Assembly: GCA_964016885.1 (NCBI GenBank) | Contig: OZ024760.1 | Coordinates: 7,316,001-7,380,000, forward strand | DNA: 64,000 bases | Reading direction: 5' to 3' | Source: Eledone cirrhosa | Lineage: Eukaryota | Shown: in pieces, positions 1-12,142 of the stretch | Layout of the letters: the number at the start of each line of letters is the position of its first letter | How positions within the stretch are numbered: the first letter of the stretch is position 1 | Notes under the pieces: generated by a model | The model's input: the letters and a program-made list of their open reading frames with translations, nothing else | Databases searched by the model: none | Told to the model about the DNA's origin: nothing | Program-made: the position numbers and the translations under genes

Positions 1-180
1 ATTAGTATGCATATAAATACACACATGTATACATATGTACATGTACTGAGTTTTTCACTGGACACTTTACTGTGAGTGTCCAGCTAGTCTGTATGTAACC
101 AAACAGACAAACCGGGTTTTAGAGTCATACGGGTTTTCAAGGAAACACATTTCCTCTATTCTCCAGAGAGCCAGACAGGA

Positions 181-223
181 ATATTGGACTAGTTTCGATG
201 TTATTACATCTCATCAGCAATAT
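181..223 (-). ncRNA. Minimal type I hammerhead ribozyme (inverted copy)
   Basis: Reverse complement of 1034-1076. Confidence 0.9.
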
Positions 224-1033
224 ATACCCATCTTCCGGCTTCTCTAGAGAATCGTAAAAGCACATATCGTTATATGCTTTTTCTATGAAAATTAGTAGTG
301 GGCAGACTAATTTGCATAGAACGTGAGTCATTGTACGCACCGGTTCAGCGGAAACGATAAAAACAAATAACGAAACGAAATTAAATTTCGTTTCGCTTCT
401 AACTCACTTTTGTATGACTGACACTTAAACAATTAAGTTAAAAGTGTACATCTACATATGTATACGGAAATATTAGTATGCATATAAATACACACATGTA
501 TACATATGTACATGTACTGAGTTTTTCCTGGACACTTTACTGTGAGTGTCCAGCTAGTCTGTATGTAACCAAACAGACAAACCGGGTTTTAGAGTCATAC
601 GGGTTTTCAAGGAAACACATTTCCTCTATTCTCCAATATGTTTCCTTGAAAACCCGTATGACTCTAAAACCCGGTTTGTCTGTTTGGTTACATACAGACT
701 AGCTGGACACTCACAGTAAAGTGTCCAGTGAAAAACTCAGTACATGTACATATGTATACATGTGTGTATTTATATGCATACTAATATTTCCGTATACATA
801 TGTAGATGTACACTTTTAACTTAATTGTTTAAGCGTCAGTCATACAAAAGTGAGTTAGAAGCGAAACGAAATTTAATTTCGTTTCGTTATTTGTTTTTAT
901 CGTTTCCGCTGAACCGGTGCGTACAATGACTCACGTTCTATGCAAATTAGTCTGCCCACTACTAATTTTCATAGAAAAAGCATCTAACGATATGTGCTTT
1001 TACGATTCTCTAGAGAAGCCGGAAGATGGGTAT

Positions 1034-1076
1034 ATATTGCTGATGAGATGTAATAACATCGAAACTAGTCCAATAT
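1034..1076 (+). ncRNA. Minimal type I hammerhead ribozyme
   Basis: atattg-CTGATGA-gatgt(aata)acatc-GAAA-ctag-TC^caatat. Perfect 6-bp stem I, 5-bp stem II, palindromic ACTAGT stem III, GUC cleavage after 1070. Confidence 0.9.
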
Positions 1077-1291
1077 TCCTGTCTGGCTCTCTGGAGAATA
1101 GAGGAAATGTGTTTCCTTGAAAACCCGTATGACTCTAAAACCCGGTTTGTCTGTTTGGTTACATACAGACTAGCTGGACACTCACAGTAAAGTGTCCAGT
1201 GAAAAACTCAGTACATGTACATATGTATACATGTGTGTATTTATATGCATACTAATATTTCCGTATACATATGTAGATGTACACTTTTAAC

Positions 1292-1384
<93 letters not shown>

Positions 1385-1552
1385 TGAGATATGATAAACC
1401 CAGCCTAATCCAAGCCAGAAATAGTTCCAGCTGCTGTCTTTGTAGAACAATAAATATCTCACTTGCTTCTTTCCAGGAGGAAATGGTAAATTTTCTCCTA
1501 TTGATTCCTGATTTGGTGTATTGGAAGAATTCTATGAGACAAAAGACACAGA

Positions 1553-2830
1553 TGTTGTTGTTGTTGGTGGTGGTGGTGGTGGCGGTGGTGATGATGTTGT
1601 TGTTGTTGTTGTTGGTGGTGATGGCAGTGGTGGTGGTGGTGGTGGTGGTGGTAAAGGTGGTGGTGATGGTGGTGGTAGTGGTGGTGATGGTGGTGGCGGT
1701 GATGATAGTGGTGATGTTGTTGGTGGTGGTAGTGGTGGTGATGGTGGTGGTGGTAGTGGTGTTGTTGGTGGTGATGGTGGTGGTGATGGTGGTGGTAGTG
1801 GTGGTGATGGTGGTGGTGGTAGTGGTGGTGATGGTGGTGGCGGTGATGATAGTGGTGATGTTATTGGTGATGGTGGTGATAGTGGTGGTGATGGTGGTGG
1901 CGGTGATGATAGTGGTGATGTTGGTGATGGTGAGGGTAGTGGTGGTGATGGTGGTGGTAGTAGTGGTGGTGGTGGTGATAGTGGTGGTGTTGTTGGTGAT
2001 GGTGGTGGTAGTGGTGGTGGTGGTGGTGATAGTGGTGTTGTTGTTGGTGATGGTGGTGGTGATGGTGGTGGTGATGGTGGTGGTGATGGTGGTGGTAGTG
2101 GTGGTGGCGGTGGTGGTAGTGGTGTTGTTGTTGGTGATGGTGATGGTGGTGGTGATGGTGGTGGTGATGGTGGTTATAATGTGGTGGGGTGGGGTAAGGG
2201 AATGTGGTAAAAAGCTATTGTCAATAAAATTTCCGATCAACACTTCCACAAGATTTGGGAGACACACTCAGATGGTGGTGGGGGTGGTGGGGAAGGGTTG
2301 TATTGGTGCGGTGTGGGGTGGTTGTATTGGTGTGGTATAGTGGCAGTGGTTGTAGTGGTGCGAGATGGTGGTGGTGGTGGTTGTAGTGGTGGTGGGGGAT
2401 AGTGGCAGTGGTTGTAGTGGTGCGAGATGGTGGTGGTGGTGGTTGTAGTGGTGGTGGGGGATAGTGGCAGTGGTTGTAGTGATGGGGGCATGGGGGCGGC
2501 GGTGGTCTTGGTCATAGTGGTGGTGGGATGGTGAGGGGGGTAATGCTGATGGTGGTCATGGTGATAGTGGCGGGGATGGTAGTAGTGGTGGTGGTTGCAG
2601 TAGTGGTGGTTGCAGTAGGGGATGGGGGTGATGCTAATGGTGGTCAAGGTGATAGTGGCGGGGATGGTAGCGGTGGTGGTGGTTGCAGTAGTGGTGGTTG
2701 CAGTAGTGGTGGTTGCAGTAGTGGTGGTTGCAGTAGTGGTGGTATTAGTAGGGGATGGGGGTGGTGGTGGTGGGATGGTGATGGTAATGGTAGTGGTAGA
2801 AGTAGTGGTGGTAGTAGTAGTAGTGGTGGT
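1553..2830. repeat. (GGT/GAT/GTT)n low-complexity array
   Basis: Degenerate trinucleotide repeat, giving spurious poly-V/G/T ORFs. Confidence 0.95.
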
Positions 2831-2898
2831 AGAGATGGCCGTAGCAGTAGTAGCACCAGTCCACTGGCAACAGATGTCAAAATTAACTTAGCAACTGC

Positions 2899-2929
<31 letters not shown>

Positions 2930-3198
2930 CACAACACAATACTCTTAATCCTCCCTTCTAACTCTATGTAATCAATTTCCATTCCTCCTCTTCTTCTCCT
3001 CCTCCTCCTCCTCTTCATCTCTCAGTAACAACCCCCCCTCCCTCTCTTACACTTCTCTTCTTTCTTTCCCTTTCTCACTTTCTAACTATTTTTCCTTCTA
3101 TTATAAATATATATATATATATATGTGTATATATATATTTATACCTCTGTGTATGTGTGTGTATATATATGTGTGTGTGTACAAGTGTACATACATAC

Positions 3199-3245
<47 letters not shown>

Positions 3246-3315
3246 TGTGTGTGTGTGTGTATGTGTGTATATATATATATGTGTGTGTACAAGTGTACAT
3301 ACATACAGACATGTG

Positions 3316-3373
<58 letters not shown>

Positions 3374-3756
3374 TGTATATATATATATAAGTGTGTACAA
3401 GTGTACATACATACATACATGTATATATATATACACATATATATAGGCACATATATATCATATGTGAGACCTGGGTTCAATCGGAGGTATCCACAGTAAG
3501 TAAGGTACTCAATACATTAGTAGAGTGTAAACATCAAATTTAATATAGAAATGGCTTCTACAGGACTAGAACTGTTTCATTAGAAAGAAATCAAGTCACA
3601 CACAATGCTTTACATTGACTATCTAGCTATTCAGAGTCGATCTGCGGCACCAATAATACCCAGGTCATAGGCCATCTCTGAATCAAATATTTAAAAATAT
3701 TTTCTTTGTTTGTTGTATGCCATAATTCCTTTATTGATTAAGTGATTGTGCAATTC

Positions 3757-3813
3757 ACACCTGATGATGTTGTCAGAATCTCACATAACAAGCCATTGAA
3801 ATATTTCTAGTGT
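3757..3813 (+). ncRNA. Hammerhead-like motif, probably partly decayed
   Basis: acac-CTGATGA-[irregular hairpin]-GAAA-tatttc-TA^gtgt, 4-bp stem I. Confidence 0.5.
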
Positions 3814-4164
3814 TTTTGCAATAATAAAACTTTAAAGGAGCATCACCAGTCCGGCCTCCTGTTATTTTAATCAAACCAATATTTAATTCCATTCCTGCAC
3901 CAACCCCAGGATTCAACATCAACAATGGATGAGTTACGTAATGTAGAGTACTTTTCTTACTAATACATCATAGTTAACTAAACTATCCAGTAGTGAAGCA
4001 CTAAGCATAAATGAATATATCATCATCATCATCATCATCATCGTTTAACGTCTATCTTCCACGCTAGCATGGGTTTAGACGGGAATTGTCCCACTTGAGG
4101 CAAAATTGGTCAGGTGACCATGTCTCTTGTATAGGACTGTCTGGCAGATTTTCTACGGCTGGAT

Positions 4165-4498
4165 CATCATTTCATTCTACGTCCGCTTTTTCCCTGCTTG
4201 CAAGGGTGGGACGGGAACTGATTCTGGCTTGATTTCTACAGCTGGATGCCCTTCCTAACACCAACCTCATTTACAGTGAGTGCTGGGTGCTTTTTTGCCG
4301 TGGCACCTCCACGACCACTTTGCAGTGGAATGATATGGACCCCAGTCCCTATCATCTCATTTCTACAGCTGAGTAAACTGGAGCAATGTGAAATAAAGTG
4401 TCTTGCTCAAGGAAACAACACATCACCCGGTCTGAGAATTGAACTCACAACCTTTCGATTGCAAGGCCAATGCTCTAACAACTAAGCCATGTGCCTCC
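4165..4498 (-). mobile_element. tRNA-derived SINE family A, full length
   Basis: Head GGAGGCACATGGCTTAG... with A/B boxes (GAGTTCAATT), core GTTTCCTTGAGCAAGACAC, tail ...GGAAGGGCATCCAGC...CCCACCCTTGCAAGC...(ATG)n. Confidence 0.85.
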
Positions 4499-5687
4499 TA
4501 ACACCAACCACGTTTACAGTGTGGACTGGGAGGTTTTTACTGTGTTACCTACACAGCTACGTTACAGCGTGGACTGTGTGTTTTTTTGTTGTGACACCTA
4601 CACGACCTCATTTATTTTGGACTGGATGTTGTGGTACCAACATAACTTTACAGAGAAAGGATGGTGTTGGTGGGAGTGGGAGGGTGAGTAGGGGTAGTGG
4701 GATGGGGTGTATATTTGATTAAGAGGTGCCTACTGACTTTAGGTTTCGCTTTGTATATAGGCAAGGCAGGTCTTCTGTATTATATATATATATATGTATA
4801 TCTATATATATATATATATAAAGAAAAAGAGATGAAATCGAAAATGCAACTGGAGTCTTATTTTTTTTTAAAATATATTAAAAAATATATTAAAAATATA
4901 TTAAAAAATATATTAAAAATATATTAAAAATATATAAAAAAATATATTAAAAATATATATTTTTTAAAAAATAAGACTCCAGTTGCATTTTCGATTTCAT
5001 CTCTTTTTCTTTATACTTTCACTCGTGTAAGACACCTCGGTTATTTTTCATTTTGTAAAAAAAACCTCACTTTCTAATATATATATATATATATATAAAT
5101 ATTTACATATACACCAATTAAACAAAGTCACAGATATATATGTGTTTTGGCAACCATTCACGATGTGGCTCAATGAAGAATTAATAAATTAAATAATCTA
5201 TATATATGCATACACACATACATATACAAACACATACATACATATATATACTATAAAGTATATATATGTATGTATGTGTTTGTATATATGCTTTATAGTA
5301 TATATATATACTATAAAATAAAGCATGTCCATAGAATCATTTGATAATATATATACATCATGTAATTAAATGTATATATATTATCAAATGATTCTATGGA
5401 CATGCTTTACTTTATAGTATATATATATACTATAAAGCATATATACAAACACATACATACATATATATACTTTATAGTATATATATGTATGTATGTGTTT
5501 GTATATGTATGTGTGTATGCATATATATATATGTGTGTGTGTGTGTGTATATATGCTTGTGTCTGTATGTATATATATATGTGTGTGTGTGCGTGTGTTA
5601 AGTATTTCTGTAGAAAAGGTAAAGGTTAGAAGAGTGCTCTATATATAATACAGAGCTATTTAATTACATGATTAACAACACAATATA

Positions 5688-5765
5688 ATTATTTCATTTC
5701 TGAAGCTTTCGAGAAACTAGACGGTTCTTGCAGAAACATCTAGCTCGTTCATCAGACAAAACAAT
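5688..5765 (-). ncRNA. Decayed hammerhead, same family as 59777-59844
   Basis: attgttttgt-CTGATGA-acgagctaga...tctagtttctc-GAAA-gcttcag-AA-atgaaataat. Stem I pairs over 10 nt but U16.1 is replaced by A. Confidence 0.45.
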
Positions 5766-5955
5766 TTGTAATTGTTTCTCAAAAGTTTGGTAATGAAAAA
5801 AATTGAAAAATATTGTGTTGTTTATTATGTAAAAAAAAAAATATATATGTGAGTGTGTGTGTGTATGCATGCGTATGTATGTGTATGTACGTGTGTATGT
5901 TTGTATATATGTGTATATATACACACACACAACCAATATCTCACCTAATACTTAC

Positions 5956-6005
5956 CAAATTTTTGTCATTCCTCAAGACGTCAACCATTCTCGGATGATT
6001 GTAAC
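5956..6005 (-). CDS. ABAT: ABAT coding exon 4; the gene continues beyond the window start
   Basis: CTCTCTTTAG acceptor and TTG|GTAAG donor, 50 nt. (G)YNHPRMVDVLRNDKNL completes the GYNHP motif in the correct phase. Confidence 0.92.
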
Positions 6006-6730
6006 CTAAAGAGAGAGAATCAAGATGTGATATGTTTATGTTATACAGAACACATGGAAACGTGTGGCCTAGTGGTAAGGGTGTTGGACTTATGACCACA
6101 ACATTGTGGGTTCAATTCCTGGACTGGGTTCTGTGTTGTGTTCTTGAGCAAAACACTTCATTTCATATTTATTGTTCCAGTATACTCAACTGAAAATGAG
6201 TACCAGCAATAGCTGGGGGGTTTAACCCTTTAGCATTTAAACCGACTATATCCAGCCAGAACCCCCCCCCCCCCTTTCTGCTCAAACCTGTCATAACTGG
6301 CCACTAAAACTGATGTTAAGGTATTATTCTCAAAATAAATATCAAAATCTCATAAAATGTAATATTATGTGAGATAAAGTGTTTACAGTGAAAATACAAT
6401 AGTAGATATAGAGTAACGGGTTAATTAACTTTTCCCACAATTCGATGAGTTTGACGAGAAATAGAGAAAATATAAAATATGGTGGGGGGGGGGGGGTGAA
6501 CAATAAAACAACAAAAAGCTAGAAAAAAAGGTGAAGAAAGAATATGTTAATACACACACAAACACACATATATAACATATATATATATATGTAAATATAA
6601 TATAAATGGGTGACCCCATCCAATGCAACTACTTAGTAACATTGGAATACAAATTTACTAATTATATGTAAATATATATATATATTATTCAAAATATTAA
6701 TAAATGAAAAATATTCTCATAATTAAAATA

Positions 6731-6797
6731 TATATTTTATTATACATATTTCAAAGGTACAATGGTGTTTAAGTACGTTTTCATCAGACAAAATATA
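6731..6797 (-). ncRNA. Type I hammerhead ribozyme
   Basis: tatattttgt-CTGATGA-aaacgtac...gtaccttt-GAAA-tatgta-TA^ataaaatata, 10-bp stem I. Confidence 0.75.
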
Positions 6798-7019
6798 AGA
6801 TTTGATATGTGACATACCGCTATGGTTTTGATTATTCAATTCCAGTAATGGCAGTGATTTATTTCACCAAATCTCAACGTTTTTATGATATAAAAACGTT
6901 GAGAGTTGGTGAAATAAATCACCAAATGTTAAGACCCTCTTCCTGCTATATCAAGCGTTAACCTAATATATTCCTTCCATATACTGTACCGATTGTGTTG
7001 TTATTTCTGTTTACCTTTT

Positions 7020-7069
<50 letters not shown>

Positions 7070-7108
7070 GATATTAACAAATGGAAACTATATTTATAAA
7101 ACCATATT

Positions 7109-7173
7109 TATTTCATTATACATATTTCAAGGACACCAAGTTAAATTATGGTGTGCTTTCATCAGATAAAATA
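7109..7173 (-). ncRNA. Type I hammerhead ribozyme
   Basis: tattttat-CTGATGA-aagcacacca...tggtgtcctt-GAAA-tatgta-TA^atgaaata, 8-bp stem I, 9 of 10 pairs in stem II. Confidence 0.78.
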
Positions 7174-7462
7174 TAATATAGATCAGTTTTATAAATAAAT
7201 ATTGACATACCCTTAAAGAATGCAACCATTCCTGTTGGAAGCTCCCGGATAGTGGAGTTGTAGCTTTAATTATTTTATTAGTATTGGATATTTTTAAAAT
7301 AAGCCGTTGGGTTACGGAGAAAGAGAAAGATAGATATATATTTACATATTTATATATGTAAAAAGAATATAAAATAAGTGAGGGAGGGGGGGGGGGGGGA
7401 TAAAACAACAAAAAAAACAAAAAAAAAACTAGAAGAGAAGGCTAAGAAAAAATGTTTCTTAC

Positions 7463-7580
7463 CGAGAGGAATGGAAGCGATCTGTGTGTAGAGATCAAGA
7501 AGGCAGTTGCCATCAGCGTCAGTGATGTAGTTACCTTGACACTTGTCAAAGTCTGTGAAGAATACAATACTACCAGTATT
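7463..7580 (-). CDS. ABAT: ABAT coding exon 3
   Basis: TTACAG acceptor and G|GTAAG donor, 118 nt. NTGSIVFFTDFDKCQGNYITDADGNCLLDLYTQIASIPLG carries the class III aminotransferase 'GNY..D.DGN..LDLY.QI.S.P.G' motif. Confidence 0.95.
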
Positions 7581-7658
7581 CTGTAATGATTTCAATAAAT
7601 GAGATAATGAGATCGAGATCGTGTAGGTGTCACGACAAAAAAAAAACACACACACAGT

Positions 7659-10600
7659 CCACGCTGTAAATGTGGCCGTGTAGGTAACATGGTAAAAAGT
7701 TCCCAGTTCCACACTGTAAATGTGGCCGTGTAGGTAACACGGTAAAAAGTTCCCAGTTCCACACTGTAAATGTGGCCGTGTAGGTAACACGGTAAAAAGT
7801 TCCCAGTTCCACACTGTAAATGTGGCCGTGTAGGTAACACGGTAAAAAGTTCCCAGTTCCACGCTGTAAATGTGGCCGTGTAGGTAACACGGTAAAAAGT
7901 TCTCAGTTCCACGCTGTAAATGTGGCCGTGTAGGTAACACGGTAAAAAGTTCTCAGTTCCACGCTGTAAATGTGGCCGTGTAGGTAACACGGTAAAAAGT
8001 TCCCAGTTCCACACTGTAAATGTGGCCGTGTAGGTAACACGGTAAAAAGTTCCCAGTTCCACACTGTAAATGTGGCCGTGTAGGTAACACGGTAAAAAGT
8101 TCCCAGTTCCACACTGTAAATGTGGCCGTGTAGGTAACACGGTAAAAAGTTCCCAGTTCCACACTGTAAATGTGGCCGTGTAGGTAACACGGTAAAAAGT
8201 TCCCAGTTCCACACTGTAAATGTGGCCGTGTAGGTAACACGGTAAAAAGTTCTCAGTTCCACACTGTAAATGTGGCCGTGTAGGTAACACGGTAAAAAGT
8301 TCTCAGTTCCACACTGTAAATGTGGCCGTGTAGGTAACACGGTAAAAAGTTCTCAGTTCCACACTGTAAATGTGGCCGTGTAGGTAACACAGTAAAAAGT
8401 TCTCAGTTCCACACTGTAAATGTGGTCGTGTAGGTAACACGGTAAAAAGTTCTCAGTTCCACACTGTAAATGTGGCTGTGTAGGTAACACGGTAAAAAGT
8501 TCTCAGTTCCACACTGTAAATGTGGCCGTGTAGGTAACACGGTAAAAAGTTCTCAGTTCCACACTGTAAATGTGGCCGTGTAGGTAACACGGTAAAAAGT
8601 TCCCAGTTCCACACTGTAAATGTGGTCGTGTAGGTAACACGGTAGAAAGTTCCCAGTTCCACACTGTAAATGTGGCCGTGTAGGTAACACGGTAAAAAGT
8701 TCTCAGTTCCACACTGTAAATGTGGCCGTGTAGGTAACACGGTAAAAAGTTCCCAGTTCCACACTGTAAATGTGGTCGTGTAGGTAACACGGTAAAAAGT
8801 TCTCAGTTCCACACTGTAAATGTGGCCGTGTAGGTAACACGGTAAAAAGTTCTCAGTTCCACACTGTAAATGTGGCCGTGTAGGTAACACGGTAAAAAGT
8901 TCCCAGTTCCACGCTGTAAATGTGGCCGTGTAGGTAACACGGTAAAAAGTTCTCAGTTCCACACTGTAAATGTGGCCGTGTAGGTAACACGGTAAAAAGT
9001 TCTCAGTTCCACACTGTAAATGTGGCCGTGTAGGTAACACGGTAAAAAGTTCTCAGTTCCACACTGTAAATGTGGCCGTGTAGGTAACACGGTAAAAAGT
9101 TCTCAGTTCCACACTGTAAATGTGACCGTGTAGGTAACACGGTAAAAAGTTCCCGGTTCCACACTGTAAATGTGGCCGTGTAGGTAACACGGTAAAAAGT
9201 TCTCAGTTCCACACTGTAAATGTGGCCGTGTAGGTAACACGGTAAAAAGTTCCCAGTTCCACACTGTAAATGTGGCCGTGTAGGTAACACGGTAAAAAGT
9301 TCCCAGTTCCACACTGTAAATGTGGCCGTGTAGGTAACACGGTAAAAAGTTCCCAGTTCCACGCTGTAAATGTGGCCGTGTAGGTAACACGGTAAAAAGT
9401 TCTCAGTTCCACACTGTAAATGTGGCCGTGTAGGTAACACGGTAAAAAGTTCTCAGTTCCACACTGTAAATGTGGCCGTGTAGGTAACACGGTAAAAAGT
9501 TCTCAGTTCCACGCTGTAAATGTGGCTGTGTAGGTAACACGGTAAAAAGTTCCCAGTTCCACACTGTAAATGTGGTCGTGTAGGTAACACGGTAGAAAGT
9601 TCCCAGTTCCACACTGTAAATGTGGCCGTGTAGGTAACACGGTAAAAAGTTCTCAGTTCCACACTGTAAATGTGGCCGTGTAGGTAACACGGTAAAAAGT
9701 TCCCAGTTCCACACTGTAAATGTGGCCGTGTAGGTAACACGGTAAAAAGTTCTCAGTTCCACACTGTAAATGTGGCCGTGTAGGTAACACGGTAAAAAGT
9801 TCTCAGTTCCACACTGTAAATGTGGCCGTGTAGGTAACACGGTAAAAAGTTCTCAGTTCCACACTGTAAATGTGGCCGTGTAGGTAACACGGTAAAAAGT
9901 TCTCAGTTCCACACTGTAAATGTGGCCGTGTAGGTAACACGGTAGAAAGTTCCCAGTTCCACACTGTAAATGTGGCCGTGTAGGTAACACGGTAAAAAGT
10001 TCCCAGTTCCACACTGTAAATGTGGCCGTGTAGGTAACACGGTAAAAAGTTCTCAGTTCCACACTGTAAATGTGGCCGTGTAGGTAACACGGTAAAAAGT
10101 TCCCAGTTCCACACTGTAAATGTGGCCGTGTAGGTGACACGGTAAAAAGTTCCCAGTTCCACACTGTAAATGTGGCCGTGTAGGTAACAAGGTAAAAAGT
10201 TCCCAGTTCCACACTGTAAATGTGGCCGTGTAGGTGACACGGTAAAAAGTTCCCAGTTCCACACTGTAAATGTGGCCGTGTAGGTAACAAGGTAAAAAGT
10301 TCCCAGTTCCACACTGTAAATGTGGCCGTGTAGGTAACACGGTAAAAAGTTCCCAGTTCCACACTGTAAATGTGGCCGTGTAGGTAACACGGTAGAAAGT
10401 TCCCAGTTCCACACTGTAAATGTGGCCGTGTAGGTAACACGGTAAAAAGTTCCCAGTTCCACACTGTTAAATGTGGCCGTGTAGGTAACACGGTAAAAAG
10501 TTCTCAGTTCCACACTGTAAATGTGGCCGTGTAGGTAACACGGTAGAAAGTTCCCAGTTCCACACTGTAAATGTGGCCGTGTAGGTAACACGGTAAAAAG

Positions 10601-11072
10601 TTCCCAGTTCCACACTGTAAATGTGGCCGTGTAGGTAACACGGTAGAAAGTTCCCAGTTCCACACTGTAAATGTGGCCGTGTAGGTAACACGGTAGAAAG
10701 TTCCCAGTTCCACACTGTAAATGTGGCCGTGTAGGTAACACGGTAAAAAGTTCCCAGTTCCACACTGTAAATGTGGCCGTGTAGGTAACACGGTAGAAAG
10801 TTCCCAGTTCCACACTGTAAATGTGGCCGTGTAGGTAACACGGTAAAAAGTTCCCAGTTCCACACTGTAAATGTGGCCGTGTAGGTAACACGGTAGAAAG
10901 TTCCCAGTTCCACACTGTAAATGTGGCCGTGTAGGTAACACGGTAAAAAGTTCCCAGTTCCACACTGTAAATGTGGCCGTGTAGGTAACACGGTAGAAAG
11001 TTCCCAGTTCCACACTGTAAATGTGGCCGTGTAGGTAACACGGTAGAAAGTTCCCAGTTCCACACTGTAAAT
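7659..11072. repeat. 50-bp minisatellite, about 68 copies, SINE-derived
   Basis: Unit ccacactgtaaatgtggccgtgtaggtaacacggtaaaaagttc(c/t)cagtt. It runs directly into a SINE 3' tail at 11073-11265. Confidence 0.95.
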
Positions 11073-11228
11073 GTGGTTGGTGTTAGGAAGGGCATCCCCA
11101 GCCGTAGAAAACCTGCCAGACAGTCCTATATGAGCGAGACACGGTCACCCGACCAACCTTGCCTCAAGTGGGACAACTCCCGTCTAAACCCATGCTAGCG
11201 TGGAAGATGGACGTTAAACGAAGACGAC

Positions 11229-11265
<37 letters not shown>

Positions 11266-12142
11266 TCACACATTGGTTAAACTAACCCTTTAGCATTTAA
11301 ACCGGGCCATATCAGGCCAGATTTCTCTCACCCCTTTCTGTTCCTAAACTGGCTGTAACCAGTGGCTCATACAGATGTTAACCCTTTATTTAACACAGAG
11401 GTTCTCTGGGGTTGGGGGGGGGGGTCAGTCTCCATCAACAGCTAGCCCCAGTGTGGATTGCCAGAGGTGACTACTGAATGTGTGAGTGCCAGGATCTCTA
11501 CCATAGCACCAGTGGGAGTAAGGGTGATATGGATGGTGGTCATGCATCACTGGGAAGAGATGGTTAGGAGCCGTGTCCATCAGCAGGTTGTGTGTGTGAC
11601 TCACCAGAGCATACAATACTGAGGGAGTGGCCTGATCTCCACCCACTGAGAGTATGGAGCTCACACACCCTAATTCCACTACTACCATGAGCTGGTTACA
11701 ATGCCTGGGGCTGGGGGAGATATCACATAATTGCAGCTGTCACGTATGCTTTGCGACATAGAGTTACGTCCCTTTACATTGTGATTTCAAATCTCACTAA
11801 GGTTAGCTCTGCCTTTCATCCTCATGGAGTTTATAAAATAAAGCACCAGTAATGTATTGGGGTTGATTTAACCCCTTAGCATTTAAACCGGCCGAATGTG
11901 GCTAGAATACTTTCACCTCTTTCGCCCATAACCAACCACTCATACTGATGTTAAGGTATTGTTCTCAAAATAAATAATATCAAAATCTCATAGATTCGAT
12001 ATTATGTGAGGTAAAGTGTTTACCGTGAAAATACAATAGTAAATATAGAGTAATGTAAATGGTAAAGAGTTAATCAACTTTTCCCACTTCCCTTCAAATT
12101 GCTGGCCTTGTGCTAAATATAGAAACAATTATATATAATAAT

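Larger units (their letters stand above)
1..1296. mobile_element. Non-coding 471-bp unit in tandem and inverted arrangement, carrying a hammerhead (retrozyme/PLE-derived)
   Basis: The sequence at 1 recurs at 472. Arms 1-617 and 639-1256 are reverse complements. The element ends in (TA)n(GA)n. Confidence 0.8.

Noticed and set aside
917-1120. 67-aa ORF in the 471-bp unit (mirror at 137-340)
   Set aside because: GTG start, no recognisable domain, and it overlaps the ribozyme, so it is treated as incidental.
1296-3018. Poly-Thr/Val/Gly mucin-like ORFs (also 25235-26610, 30112-30493, 35552-35950, 46771-47361)
   Set aside because: Trinucleotide arrays open in most frames on both strands, with no splice or domain support.
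7659-11072. CRISPR-like regular array and long ORFs (up to 430 aa)
   Set aside because: Units are contiguous with no unique spacers, there are no cas genes, and the context is eukaryotic. The ORFs come from a stop-poor 50-mer. The same applies to the 47-mer and 29-mer arrays.
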